Assembly (NCBI GenBank): GCA_038087875.1
Contig: CM075981.1
Span: forward strand, 2,542,001-2,606,000
DNA from: Malacoraja senta
Lineage: Eukaryota
DNA length: 64,000 nt
Direction: 5' to 3'
How positions within the stretch are numbered: position 1 is the stretch's first letter; every line of letters starts with the position of its first letter. Position numbers and translations under genes: made by a program. The notes beneath the pieces were generated by a model, which was given only the letters and a program-made list of their open reading frames with translations, was not told where the DNA came from and did not search any database. Of this stretch, positions 23,499-36,846 are shown piece by piece.

Positions 23499-25521
23499 TT
23501 GAGAACAGGAACAAAAGTAAAGGGGAATGTGGGAGACACACAGTGGGTCAGGCAGCATCTGTGGGGGAGCAACAGAGGCAACGTCTCAGAATGAAGATCC
23601 TTCAAGAGAACCGGGCAAGAGAGGATGTTTGTCGGTGAAGTTAGGTGAATCACATGGTCTCAGGTGTCAAGAGTCCAGAGTCAAGAGTGTTTAATTGTTG
23701 TATGTACCGACAATGGAACGATGAACTCGTTACCTGCAGCAGCAGAACAGGCTTGGAAACACCATACTCATTGATAACATTTAGTAAACGGGTGGTCACG
23801 GTGGCGCAGCGGTAGAGTTGCTGCCTTACAGTGCCGGAGACCTGAGTTCGATCCCCACTACGGGTCCTGTCTGTATGGAGTTTGTACGTTCTCCCAGTGA
23901 CCTGCGTGGGTTTTCTCCATGATCTTCTGTTTACTCCCCCACTCCAAAGACGCAGAGGTTTGTAGGTTAATTGGCTTGGTAAATGCTTTAATTGTTGAAG
24001 TACCTGCCTTAAATTGTCCCTAGTGGGTGTAGGATAGTGTTCATGTGTTGGGGATCTTATAGAAACATATCAAGTTATAAAAAGACTGGACAAGCTAGAT
24101 GCAGGAAAAATATTCCCAATGTGGAAAATTGGGGGAGTCCAGAGCAAGGGGCCACAGTCCAAGAAGAAAGGAAAGGCCATTTAAAACTGAGATGAGAAAA
24201 AAGGTTTTCATCCAGAGAGTTGTGAATTTGTGGAATTCTCTGCCACTGAAGACAGTAGAGGTCAATTTACTGGATGAATGTTAAAATTCTAGAGTTAGAT
24301 AGAGCTCTAGGGGGGAGCGGAATCAAGGGATAGGGGGAGAAGGCAGGCACAGGTTACTGATAGTGGATGAACAGCCATGATCACAATGAATGGCGATGCA
24401 GGTTTGAAGGGCCAAATGGCCTCCTCCTGCACCTATTCATTGGCTCCATGAAGCGCTGACTGCCCCCCCCCCACCACGTGGGAACGATTGATTGCGTTGG
24501 GGTAACGGGTTGCATTGGGGAAATGGGTGAGTGGTGGAATATTGCGTTGGGGAAACGAGGCCCAATGAGTCAGGAGGGTAGGGAGGGGAGAGGGGTTATG
24601 GAGGGTGGGAGGGACTGACTGAGGGTGGGGAGTGGCTGAGGGTAATGGAAAGGAGAGGGAGGGAGCAGTGAAGGAGGAGTGGAGGAGGGGAGGAGGTGAG
24701 GGGAGAGAAGAGGGATGGTGAGAGGAGGGGGAGGAAGTGTTGGGAATGAAGGGCAATGAGCCGCGTCTGCGCAGTTGGGGCTATGGGTGAGTGGTGGAAT
24801 ATTGCGTTGTTCGAATGGGCTACGTTTGGGGAATGGGTGATGGGAATGATTGGCTCCGCAGGGCGCCTATCTCTGGGGTGAACGCTGATGCTGCATTCTG
24901 GAACCAGCCACGACCCCCCCCCCCCCCCGTGTTGGGGGACGGGGCCCAACGGGTCCCTCGTGGTCTTGTATACTTATAAAAGTCTCGTCTTTGTTCTATG
25001 TGTGTATGTGTGATTGTATTTTCACCAAAACGGTACACAGTAGCACACAAATGTTTGCAGAACGCTACTCAGCTTTTTCCCGTCGTCAATGTAATGTTGC
25101 CATATTTCACAAGTTATTGATATTTAAAGTTTAAAAAAAGCTAACTTTGAGAATAATAACTGCCTTTGAGAGGGAGACTCTTCCAGCGATGTCACAATGG
25201 CATCCCACAGTTGTCCAATCACAATGGGATCTCAATTAAATAAGCTGCAGTGAACATTCCAAAAACTGAAAATGACTTAACAATGTGATCTCTGCTGTCA
25301 ATACACAAGATATGAGAGTGTTTTTACATTGTTGTAAGGAGAGGGACGCAGTGTGGGATATTTAAAAGTTTTAAAGTTACATTTAAAAGTTGGATTTCTT
25401 CAAATCTACACTGGCAGTTAGGCAATTATTACATCACAATGCCCTACCGGCTACAATGTTTCTATCCCAGAACACTGAGTCCTTCACAGCAAATGTCCTT
25501 CAGGGAATGTCGAGCTTCTGC

Positions 25522-28500
25522 TGTTGGAATAACTTAGATCCCATACAGTAATTAAGATCCAAAGACTTTATTAGCATTACAGCATAGGTAACTTCATCTT
25601 AATACATAACTCAAGACTGAGGGAGAAAAGGGCTGAGAAGCTTTATGTTAAACTAGTGGGCGTAGCTACAAAGTATGACTCATAACACGAGTGACACTGA
25701 TCTACATCCTCCCTCTTAAAAAAATTAAATGTCAGTACAAAACCATTGACTAAATAAGGCATGCATAGCAATTGATAATAAGCTGGAGGAAAGTCAAACA
25801 TAGCCCGGGTACTTCACGGTGTGCTTGCAAACACGACCAGCATGTGTGCGATTAAAACCTTCTCCAATTTCCCAACCGCGGACAGAGCCGGTGGCTGCAC
25901 GGGTGACGGAGATTGTAGCAGCATTCCCGGTGATGAAACAGGGGACTTCAGCACAGGCGGAGGGAGGGTCGTCGGCATTGGCAAAGCAGCCGCTCCAGAA
26001 GTGTGTTGTTGTGCTGGTGTAGGCGGATCGATGCCGCTGGACACAGATGGCAGTACACTTGTACGGTCTGGATAATACGGTGGCGGATTCGGCTCATTCA
26101 CAGGCAGGATATGTTGTCTGTTACGCCTGTAGGAGCCGCCATCGTCACTGACCAGATATGTGCGTGGCTCAGAAGCAGTTCCAGAAATTACACCGATACG
26201 GCCTTTGTCAGTTTGCAAAAGGACCACCTGCTCCTTGGTTAATGGTGGCAGTGGCCTACTTGTCTTGTCATACCACTGTTTTTGAATGTCACGCTTTTGT
26301 TGTAACCTGGACTGGACTTCCAATGGTGGTACCACTTGTGGGATCAATGCCTGATCCACCACTGGCACCGTGGCTCGGGTCAAATGTTGTGCGGGTGAAC
26401 CCAAAATGGGGCCGTGGGAGATGTTATGTTGGTTGAGCAGATCCAGGTTAACGTCGGAATTAGCTCTGTACGATCGTTCCATGAGCTGTTTGGCACTCTT
26501 GACAGCCCGCTCAGCCAGTCCATTCGACTGTGGATATTCAGGGCTGCTGGTGATGTGGCAAAAACCCCAGCGTGCAGCAAACTCCTTGAAGTGTTGGCTG
26601 GTAAATTGACTGCCGTTATCAGATAACAGTATGCACAGAGCTCCGTGGTCTGCATAATGGCGAGCAAGCTTCGAAACTACCCCGCGAGAAGTGGGGCTCC
26701 TAAGAAAATCAATGTCAAACCATCCAGAATACGAATCGACGAGTACCAGGTACTGCTTGCCATACCATTCAAATATGTCAGTTGCCACGGTAGACCACAG
26801 GAGGGCAGGAGCTGGATGTGAAAGAAGTGGTTGCTTTTGTTGATGAGGTGCCAAGCTGTTACACACTGCACAGGACGCCACATTCTCGGTGATGTATTCG
26901 GCCATGCCAGGCCAGTAAAACATGTTTCTTGCCCGTAGGACGGTGGCTACAGTCCCTGGGTGTCCTGCATGTACAGCGTCGAAATACTTGCTGTGTAGCG
27001 AGGCATTGACCACAGCCTTGTGTCCTTTTCCAATAATGTCATCCTGCAGTACTAGCTCATCGCGCACGGCAAAGAAAGGCCGAACTGACAGCAGAACGTT
27101 GTAGTGTTTGTCTGGCCAGCCGCGCTTAATGACGGAGGCGAGCGACCATAAGGTACTGTCAGCAGCAGTGTGGGCAACCAAATCCTCCATACAGGACGAG
27201 GGAATAAAAGACACAGTCATTACGATAAAGTCATCATCTGGCGAGGGCAGACCCTCACAGATCTTCCGGGGTGCACGCGAGAGAGTGTCAGCCAGGTGCA
27301 TATCCTTACCACGTTTGTAGGAGAGGCTTGAATCGGTTTGTTAAAGATGCTGATCAGAGGTTGGTGGTCGGTTTCAATCGTGACCGTATGTCCAAAGATA
27401 AAGTCGTTAAATTTCTTGCAGGCGAAAACAGCCGCCAGTAGCTCTTTCTCAATTTGGACATATCGTTGTTCTGTGTCAGTCAGTGCGCGAGGCATTGGCA
27501 ACAGGCTTATTGCCGCTACCGTCATTTTGAAGACATGCTGCGCCCAGTCCGTGTTGTGAAGAGTCACGTCAATGTGACCCGGTTGTTTAGGATCAAAGTA
27601 AGCGAGAGTAGGAGCACAAGACATCTGCTGCTTAAGAGTGTTGAACGCTCTCTGCTCTTGCTCGTGCCAGGTCCAAGCAGTGTCTTTGTGTGTAAGCTGT
27701 TGCAATGGGGCTGATATTTCACTGAAGTCTGGAATAAATTTGCTCAAGTAGTTCACCATGCCAAGGAATCTTTGTAGACTGAGCACGTGTGTGGGTGCTG
27801 GGAGCTCGTTGATGGCACTGGTTTTTGCCGGATCAGTTTTTAGGCCGTCCTTAGTGAACATATGCCTTTCACCTCACTTACCCTGAATTTGCATTTTTTA
27901 GGGTTTTGCTTGAGGTTGATGGCCTTGGCGCGATCCAGGACCTTTGTCAGATTAGCATCGTGTTCTTCGACAGTTCGTCCCGCAATGAGGATGTCATCCA
28001 CTACAATGGAGCATGGGTAACCCGCAAACAACTGCTCCATAGCTTGTTGAAATACTTCACTGGCAGAGCTTATGCCAAAAGGCATGCGAAGAAATCTGTA
28101 TTGCCTGAACGGTATGCTGAAGGTGGTTAACTTGGAGGAGTTGTTTTCCAGCGAAATGCCAGAATGAACTCTTGGCATCTAGTACAGTGAATACAGTTGC
28201 TTCAGCCATCTGCGCTGCAATCTTGTCCACAATGCGCATGGGATAGTGAGGTCAATTAATGGCTGTGTTTTCAAGTCCTTAGGTTTGATACAAATCCATA
28301 TTTCGTCTTTATTCTTCTTCGTTGCCATAACCATGGTGGAGACCCAATCCGAGGGGTCAGCGACGGGAGCAATCACACCTAGAGACACCATTCTGTTGAG
28401 TTCACTTTGAACATGGTCCGGCATAGCATGGGGAATCTTGTGTGCTGTACGGACAACTGGGATTATCTCAGCGTCAATGGTAATTGTGTACTTAACAGGC

Positions 28501-30140
28501 AACCAGCCCAGCTTGTCGTCAAAAAACGTTTTGTATTGTGTCAGGATTTATTGGCTAAAGTCACAGGTTGTAGTCAGATGACAAACAGAAGGGCTGAAAG
28601 AGACAAGTCCCAGGTGGTGACAAGCGTTGGCACCCAGCAGACACGGCACATCCTCACGAACAACATAGAAACTCAGGTTGTGGGCACGTGAGTTAAGACA
28701 GCAGCGTAACTCGACTTCACCGATTGCGTGCACTGGACCTCCTGCAAATGGGAGGAGGGAGGCAGCCGTAGGAGTGACAGTCTCTGTTTTTCGTAACTTT
28801 TTCAACACAGCTAGACAGATCACGTTACAACTGGCCCCTGTGTCAACTTTCAGATAAAAGTTCTTGCCATTAATGAGCAAAGCGACCTTGGGGTCTAGTT
28901 GTTTGTGTATTGAGTCAGACGGGAATGCACATCCAAGTCAAAACCTTCACTAGCAGCCTGAAAATCCGTGGGAGTTGGTTAAGAGCATTCCGAGAGCAAG
29001 TTCTCATGACCAAGTGAATCAACAGATTGCCTTGTTTGAACTCTGTTGCTACGCGAGCGGCAGCATTTGAAGAAATTATTCCTTTTGTTACAGAATCGAC
29101 ATAATTTTCCATACGCAGGGCAACGGTCACGAGCAGCAGCATGCAAACCCCCACAGTTAAAACAATTGTCTATTAGTCTCACGATAGTGTTGTCGGGCAC
29201 TTGAGGAGAACGGCGAGAGATTTGTTTAGACAAGCCGGCAACATTAATTTCACGACCAGCAAAGTGCCGTAAAACTTTTGTATGAGCGTCACCCATTTCA
29301 GCAAAGCCACAGCAGTTGTCAGCAGTCTCTAGAGTAAGCTCAGCATCCGGCAGTAACTCATGGCATAATTTATCATTGTGGACACCATAGACCAAACGGT
29401 CACGAACTAGGCTATCACATATATCCCAGAAATTGCATCGAATGGCAATGTGCTTCAAGGCACTGACATACATCTCCACAGGTTCACCCGTGGTCTGGGC
29501 CTCCGGAGCCCTCCGCAATTGCCGCTACGGGCAGCCCACTGCTCAGGCCCGCTCACCGGGATGTTGGAACTCCGACGTCAGAACGGGAGGCCAACCTCAG
29601 CGGCTTGGACCTCCAAATCGGCCGCTTCCCACCACATCCATAGGCCGCGCCTGGCGGAGATTCACGCTGGTGGCCCTCGGCAAAGGGCCCCAGGACGCCG
29701 CAATGTCGGTCAGCGCCGCCCACGCTGGGAGCTCCGCGTACCACAGCCCCGCGATGTTGGAGCAGCGGGCCCAACTCTCCGGAGCATCAAACGGCGATCC
29801 AGGTTGGCATCGCCCGCTCCGCGGTGAATCCAGCTCCGCGCCGCCGCGGACGAAGCTCTGGTCCGGCCCCTGGTCTCCGGTAGGAAAGGCCGCTCCGATC
29901 CAGTGGTAGGCCGCGAGGAGGGGGGGGCGAGGACGTGACACGGAGAAATAATCGCATCCTCGCCAGGAAGCGACTGGGAAATGATTCCCCCCTTGCCCTA
30001 CACCCCTCCTCCACAACTAAAGAATCCCCAAAACAAAACTGTTTAGACAAACTAAAATTAAAAAAGATGGTAAAAAACGGACAGACTTTAGGCAGAGGCG
30101 CCTTCAATGGCTTCAGAGGCCCCTAGTGCAGCCATGAACC
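25522..30140 (-). mobile_element. Degenerate Gypsy (Mag-like) LTR retrotransposon; 3' LTR 25522-25706, PPT 25707-25717; 5' LTR not seen
   Basis: gag Cys knuckles (28979-29518), protease LKVDTGAS, RT IVVDDILI, RNase H ETDHQPL, integrase DSYSG/SDNGSQF/NGLAER, with frameshifts; gag interrupted by a GC-rich repeat at about 29520-30070. Confidence 0.9.
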
Positions 30141-32281
30141 CCTGATCAGCCATGATCATATTGAACGGCGGTGCTAACTCGAAGAGTCGAATGGCCTACT
30201 CCTGCACCTATTTTCTATGTTTCTATCTCCCTTTGGATCCCCATGTGATCTAACTTTCCAGAGCAGCCTACCATGCGGTACCTTGTCTAATCCCTTGCTG
30301 AAATTCACATATATATCATGTGCCTTCATCAACCTTTTTGGTTACACCTTTAAAAAACTCATTCATATTGGTGAGACAGAACCTCCTGCATACAAAACCA
30401 TGTTGACTATCTCTAATCAGCCCTCGTCCATCTAAATACATGTATATCTTATCCCTCAGAATACTCTCTAGTAGCTTTCTGACCACAGATGTTCTGCTCA
30501 TGGGGTCTACATTTGTCATCTTACACCACGCTCACTGGCCCAAGTGCTGAGGTGCAGGTGCAGGCCTGTGGTGACACCTGTGTGTGACATGAGGACTAGG
30601 ACTTAGATCTGACCAGATGCCCTGGAGCTTGCTTCATCATTGGCTGAGATCACACCAGTCACAGCAACTCACTTCTATTCAGCATCTAAACATTGCCCGG
30701 TGTGGGCAAGTGGGGCCGAAGGGCCTGTTTTCCACACTGTATCACTCTATGACTCTAAAAATATCAACGATTAGAGAGCACAGTTTTAAGGTGAAAGGGC
30801 AAAGCTTAAAGCAGATGAGCCTGGCAATTATTTTACACAGAGGGTGATGGGTGCCTGGAACACGTTGCCAGGGGGTGGTGGTGTGACAGATACAATAGGG
30901 GCATTTAAGAGACATTTGGATAGGCACATGGATATGCAGGGAATGGAGGGATGTAGATATGTGCAGGAAGATTAGAGTTGGTCTTGGCATCATGTTCAGC
31001 ACACACGTTGTGGGCCGAAGGGCCTGTTCCTGTGCTGAACTGTTCTATGTTCTACAACAGTAACTAAACTATGAACTATGTCTTTGGACACACTAAGGAC
31101 TTTGGGCTTTTTGCACTAGTATTTGGGTTATTCATTAATTGATTTTTTGTTTATTAAATGTTATCAATGAGTATGGTGTTTCCAAGCCTATTCTGCTGCT
31201 GCAGGTAACGAGTTCATCGTTCCATTGTCGGTACATACAACAATTAAACACTCTTGACTCTGACTCTTGACACCTGAGACCATGTGATTCACCTAACTTC
31301 ACCAACAAACATCCCTCTCTTGCTCGGTCCTGTTGAAGGATCTTCATTCTGAAACGTTGCCTCTGTTGCTCTCCCACAGATGCTGCCTGACCCACTGTGT
31401 GTCTCCACATTCCCCTTTACTTTTGTTCCTGTTCTCAACATCTGCAGACTCCTGATTTCCACATGTTGTTCCGTCACCACGTGGTCATGACCAATAATGG
31501 ACACAGCTCATAGAACCCGGCGATGTTGCCCGTGTGAGCAAGAGTTGCACAAAGTTCACACCCAACTCAAAGCTGGCGTACAAAGAATCACTCACACCGG
31601 CTGTCTTCAGGGCAGGCAGAAGAGAGTTTATTTCCATTAATCTTACATTTACCGGTGCAAGCAGGGTCAGTTCCCCTCACTGCATGCGATCCACGCCCAC
31701 ACCTTCCACGCTGCTCATCTTTATACCTTTACTATTCCCTACATAGTGTCATAGAGTCATACAGCACAGAAACAGGCCCTTCAGCCCAACTCGCCCATGA
31801 AGACCCATATACCCCATCTAAGCCAGTCCTATTTCACTACATTTGGCCCATATCCCCATAAAAACCATTCCTATCCATGGATCCATCCAAGTGTCTATTA
31901 AATCTTGTTGTAGTGCCTGCCTCAACTACCTCCTCTGGCAGCTCGTTCAATACACCCACCACCCTCTGAGAGTAAATGTTGCCCCTATCTGTATGGAGTT
32001 GTCTGTGTGGAGTTTGCACATTCTCACTGTGGACCGAGTGGGTTTCCTCCGGGTGCTCCAGTTTCCTCCCACATCCCAGACACGTGTATGTTTGCAGGTT
32101 AATTGGTCTGTGTAAATTGTCTGTAGTGTGTGGGACAGAACTCATGTATGGGGTGATCACTGGTCCCCAATGACTCTGTGGGTCAAAGGGTCTGTTTCCC
32201 TGCTGTTCCTCTGAACTAAACTACATTAAACTAGACTTTGCTACTGACCCTGGATGGGCCCTGCTGAATCAGTGGAAGCAT

Positions 32282-32801
32282 TCACTCCATTAACAGCCAG
32301 GTCTCTACTTCACAATTCCCTCTTTTCTCAGAGGTCCAAACGCAGGAATATATCGCTTCATCGTCCTCTTGTGTCCGTGTCAGGAGCAACGAGGCGTCCC
32401 GATGCCAGTGGACGTTTTGATGCACGAACTTCCAATGGACATCAAACCCTTGATAATGTGCAAAGGTACGATATCTGGCAATGGAAACACCATCTTTAAT
32501 CCACGAAACAGAGCTCACTTCACCGTATCTGCGGATACTTTACAGTACAGCGTTACAGAACCACCCGGAGATGCAATGATCACATTATATCTAATAATGC
32601 CAGGCTGATCGCTGTCAGAACCTGGCTTGTCAATGCATTCTGGAAGCCGATCTTCATTGACTGGCCGAGGCTCCCGTGCGTTCCACCGGGGCAAGTTGCT
32701 TCCTCTCCCCATTCCCTGGAGATCAGACCTGTTCCAGTTCCGGAGACCTTGCCACACCATCTCCACAAGACCATGAATCCTGTCCATCTCTGCAGTCCCA
32801 T
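32282..32801 (-). pseudogene. Secreted single V-set Ig-domain gene, copy 3 (inverted, four 1-nt indels)
   Basis: Pieces in ORFs 32580-32828, 32515-32820 and 32282-32518; SVTLYC, VSW, DASLLL, DEAIYSC. Confidence 0.8.
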
Positions 32802-33278
32802 GTTCCTGTGGGTGAAACAATGGGTCACCTTATTGCAACTCAGTAGGATTCATGATGACATTCTCTGAAGCTGCTGCCACCACACTGGCAATGTCGCTGT
32901 GCAGCTTCTTCAGTTCCCGCCTGGTTTATTTTAAGTTGCTTTGACCTGTCATGGACCAATAACATTAAAGTGGCAGCCAAGGTGGCACACCAATGCATCT
33001 ACTTCCCCGGAGATCGAGGAAATATTGCAAGTCTCCAATGTCTCTTAGAATCTTCTACAGATGCACCATGGAGAGCAGACTGTGGGGTTGCATCACAACT
33101 AGGTTTGGGAACAGCTCTGAGCCCAAGACCACAAGAAATTGCAGAGAGTTGTGGATGGAGCCCAGTCCATCACACAGAACACACTCCCCACCAGTGACTC
33201 CATCTACAACCTAAAAAATCAAAGACTTGTCCCACCCCGGTCATTCCTCCTTCTCCCTGGTCCTGTCTAGCAGAAGGT

Positions 33279-34358
33279 GGCAGGCAGAAGGTGGCGGGCA
33301 GTGACTAGTGGGGTACCACAAGGCTCAGTGCTGGGACCCCAGCTATTTACAATATATATTAATGATTTGGACGAGGGAATTGAATGCAACATCTCCAAGT
33401 TTGCGGATGACACGAAGCTGGGGGGCAGTGTTAGCTGTGAGGAGGATGCTAGGAGGCTGCAAGGTGACGGATAGGCTGGGTGAGTGGGCAAAAGCATGGC
33501 AGATGCAGTATAATGTGGATAAATGTGAGGTTATCCACTTTGGTGGCAAAAACAGGAAAGTAGACTATTATCTAAATGGTGGCCGATTAGGAAAAGGGGA
33601 GATGCAACGAGACCTGGGTATCATGGTACACCAGTCATTGAAAGTAGGCATGCAGGTGCAGCAGGCAGTGAAGAAAGTAGGCATGCAGGTGCAGCAGGCA
33701 GTGAAGAAGTATGTTAGCATTCATAGCAAAAGGATTTGAGTATAGGAGCAGGGAGGTTCTACTGCAGTTGTACATGGTCTTGGTGAGACCACACCTGGAG
33801 TATTGCGTACAGTTTTGGTCTCCAAATCTGAGGAAAGACATTCTTGCCATAGAGGGAGCACAGAGAAGGTTCATCAGACTGATTCCTGGGATGTCAGGAC
33901 TTTCATATGAAGAAAGACTGGATAGACTCGGCTTGTACTCGCTAGAATTTAGAAGATTGAGGGGGGATCTTATAGAAACTTACAAAATTCTTAAGGGGTT
34001 GGACAGGCTAGATACAGGGAGATTGTTCCCGATGTTGGGGAAGTCCAGGACAAGGGGTCACAGTTTAAGGATAAAGGGGAAATCCTTTAGGACCGAGATG
34101 AAAAAAACATTTTTCACACAGAGAGTGGTGAATCTCTGGAACTCTCTGCCACAGAAGGTAGTTGAGGCCAGTTCATTGGCTATATTTAAGAGGGAGTTAG
34201 ATGTGGCCCTTGTGGCTAAAGGGATCAGGGGGTATGGAGAGAAGGCAGGTACAGGATACTGAGTTGGATGATCAGCCATGATCATATTGAATGGCGGTAC
34301 AGTCTCGAAGGGCCGAATGGCCTACTCCTGCACATATTTTCTATGTTTCTATGTTTCT
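33279..34358 (+). mobile_element. 5'-truncated CR1 LINE inside intron 1 of V-gene copy 3
   Basis: RT peptides, (CTATGTTT)n tail, AAGGT duplication at 33274-33278 / 34359-34363. Confidence 0.9.
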
Positions 34359-34509
34359 AAGGTACAGAAGCTTGAAAGCGCGCACCACCAGACTCAGGAA
34401 CAGCTTCTTCCCCTCATGCTATCAGGCTTCTGAACTGGGGGAACAGTGAACAGAGACAATCCCACCCCCATCACTCACAGACACTTGAAGGATCCACAGG
34501 GGTGGTTAC

Positions 34510-34729
34510 CAGCTCCAGAGTCTCCACACAGGGTGTCGGGGCCGGTCTTGTTCATATCTCCTGCCATCGCTCGCTCCTTTTATACCTACTCCCGGCTTCT
34601 CCTGACCCTCATTTCCTGCGTCACGTACTTTCAACCAATCATTGCCTCCCACGGAGCATTGGCCGGAGTCAGCCGCGACCTCTCCACCCTCTGCCAAACG
34701 TGTCCTTGCATCAGCCGTTAACGTTTAAC
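34510..34729 (-). promoter_or_regulatory. V-domain gene copy 3 promoter and non-coding exon 1
   Basis: TATAAAA 34578-34584, CCAAT-N9-CCACG 34635-34653, HNF1-like 34717-34729, donor at 34509. Confidence 0.65.
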
Positions 34730-36609
34730 AAGAGCAACGTCATCCCAGCTGCCGGCGGACAACCAGGCGCTCCATGATGCAATGACACGTTTAGCAGAGG
34801 GTGGAGAGGTCGCGGCTGACTCCAGCCAATATGTGGGGCACGTTGTCAACTGTTGGGACATCTTTGATGACCACAATCTCGTTAGTAATTAACGGCAGCT
34901 GACTAGCAACCACACAGAGACAAGTCTGGGCACCACTCTGTGAACGACAATGTTTGCTTGACACCAGTTTGTATTGGGGTGGCACAGTGGTAGCATAGCG
35001 GTAGAGTTACTTCCTCACAGTGCCAGAGACCCGGGTTCGATCCTGACTACGGGTGCTGACTACCCGTGACAATGGCCAGACAACGGCCAGACAACGGTCA
35101 TTCTTCACCTGATTAAATTGTAATGTTTCATTCTTAATTGTTAACTGTATATCGTGTTGTAACTTGGGAGCAAAGCACCGAGGGACTTCTTGTATGTATA
35201 CATACTTGGCTAATAACATTTATTCAAATCATTTCATAGCAACTGAAATTGCTGACTTTAATTGATAAACTGTTTATCAGGATGAGAGGAATTTTGAAGG
35301 AAGAGAGGAGGACCCCATTGAAACACCGAATAGTGAAAGGCCTGGATAGAGTGGATGTGGACAGGATGTTTCCATTATTTAAGGAGTCTAGGACCAGAGG
35401 GCACAGCCACAGAATAAAAGGAAGTACCTTTAGGAAAATAGATGGAGGAATTTGCTTAGTCAGACGGTGGTGAATCTTTGGAATTCATTCCCACAGACGG
35501 CCGTGGAGGCCAAGTCATTGGGTATTTTTAAGTGGAGATTGACAGATTCTTGATTAGTACGGGTGTCAGAGGTTATGGGGAGAAGGCAGGAGAATGGGGT
35601 TGAGAGGGAGAGATAGATCAGCCATGATTGAATGGCAGAGTAGACTTGATGGCGCAAATGGCCTAATTCTGCTCCTGGAACTGTTGCACATGAACAGACA
35701 CAAAGTACGCTGTTATATGCTTGAAATTATGACTTTATTTTATTGTTTTAACAGCAACAATTATCTTTGTGATGGACAATCGGTGGTGGAAGTTCCGAGT
35801 TGTTTGTCGAGCGCAGTCTGCAACAGAAAGATCATCTTAGATTTCTCACAACCAGGAAGGATGTCTACACATCAGATCAAAAACAATATCTAAAGTACGT
35901 CTTTATTTTAAAGTTTCTAGTTTAGTTTGGTTTATTATTGTCACGTGTACCGACGTGCAATGAAAAGTTTTTTTGTTTGCGTGCTATCCTGTCAGCGGAA
36001 AGACTACACATGATTACAATTGAGCCGCCCACAGTGTACAGATACAGGATGAAAGGGTTAACGTTCTGTGCGAGGTGAAGTCCGATCAGAGATAGTCCAA
36101 AGAGTGATGGGGCTACACAGCAGGGAGACAGGCTGTTCAGTGCATACCTGACCCTCACTCATTTCCCCAACATTCCCATCAGTTCTCCCCAGATTTCAAC
36201 CCTCACCTACACAATTTACAGCGGGCCTGTCAACCTACAAACCTGCACGACTTTGGGATGTGGGAGGAAACCGGAGCTCGTGGAGAAAAACCCACGCGGT
36301 CATGGGGAGAACGTGCAAACTCCGTCACCCAGAGAGTTGTGAATCTGTGGAATTCTCTGCCACAGAAGGCAGTGGAGGCCAATTCACTGGATGCTTTCAA
36401 GAGAGAGTTGGATATAGCTCTTAGGGCCAGGGGTGCAGTGCTGCCGGAGGGCACCCCGTAAAAAAAACACCAAAATAATGCGGAATTTTAATGAGCAGGT
36501 GTGTGGTCTGATTAAAAGAGGGGGAAGGGGAAGACCCTTCACTACTGATGGGTCTTCCCTATAGAAGGGAGGGGGGGGGGGCACTAGGACCCAGCAGTCA
36601 TCACTGCAA

Positions 36610-36846
36610 TGTAAATGCCAGCGCCCCCTTGAGGCCAGGAGTAGAAGCTGGCCAATGTGCCTCGTGACTGAGGTCAAGTGACCTTCTAGAAGTTTCTGTT
36701 GGTTGTTGGAAATAAACTCTTCTCACAAGATGTCGGACGTATATTCATTGTGATATTCACAACAGGATTATACGCAGACATTACATGGGGTCAGAAGTGA
36801 GGATGGAAGGACTCAAGCCACCGGGACCACTCTCCACGCAGGGAGA
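36610..36846 (+). mobile_element. 5' end of a second Gypsy element: LTR (36610-36785), PBS and gag stub
   Basis: TG...CA, AATAAA, PBS-like TGGGGTCAGAAGTG, then ATG MEGLKPPGPLS. Confidence 0.65.

Noticed and set aside
29433-30126. Several overlapping 100-160 aa ORFs
   Set aside because: They lie in a GC-rich dispersed repeat (similar at about 18200-18800, 54960-55330, 58320-58990) inserted in the Gypsy gag
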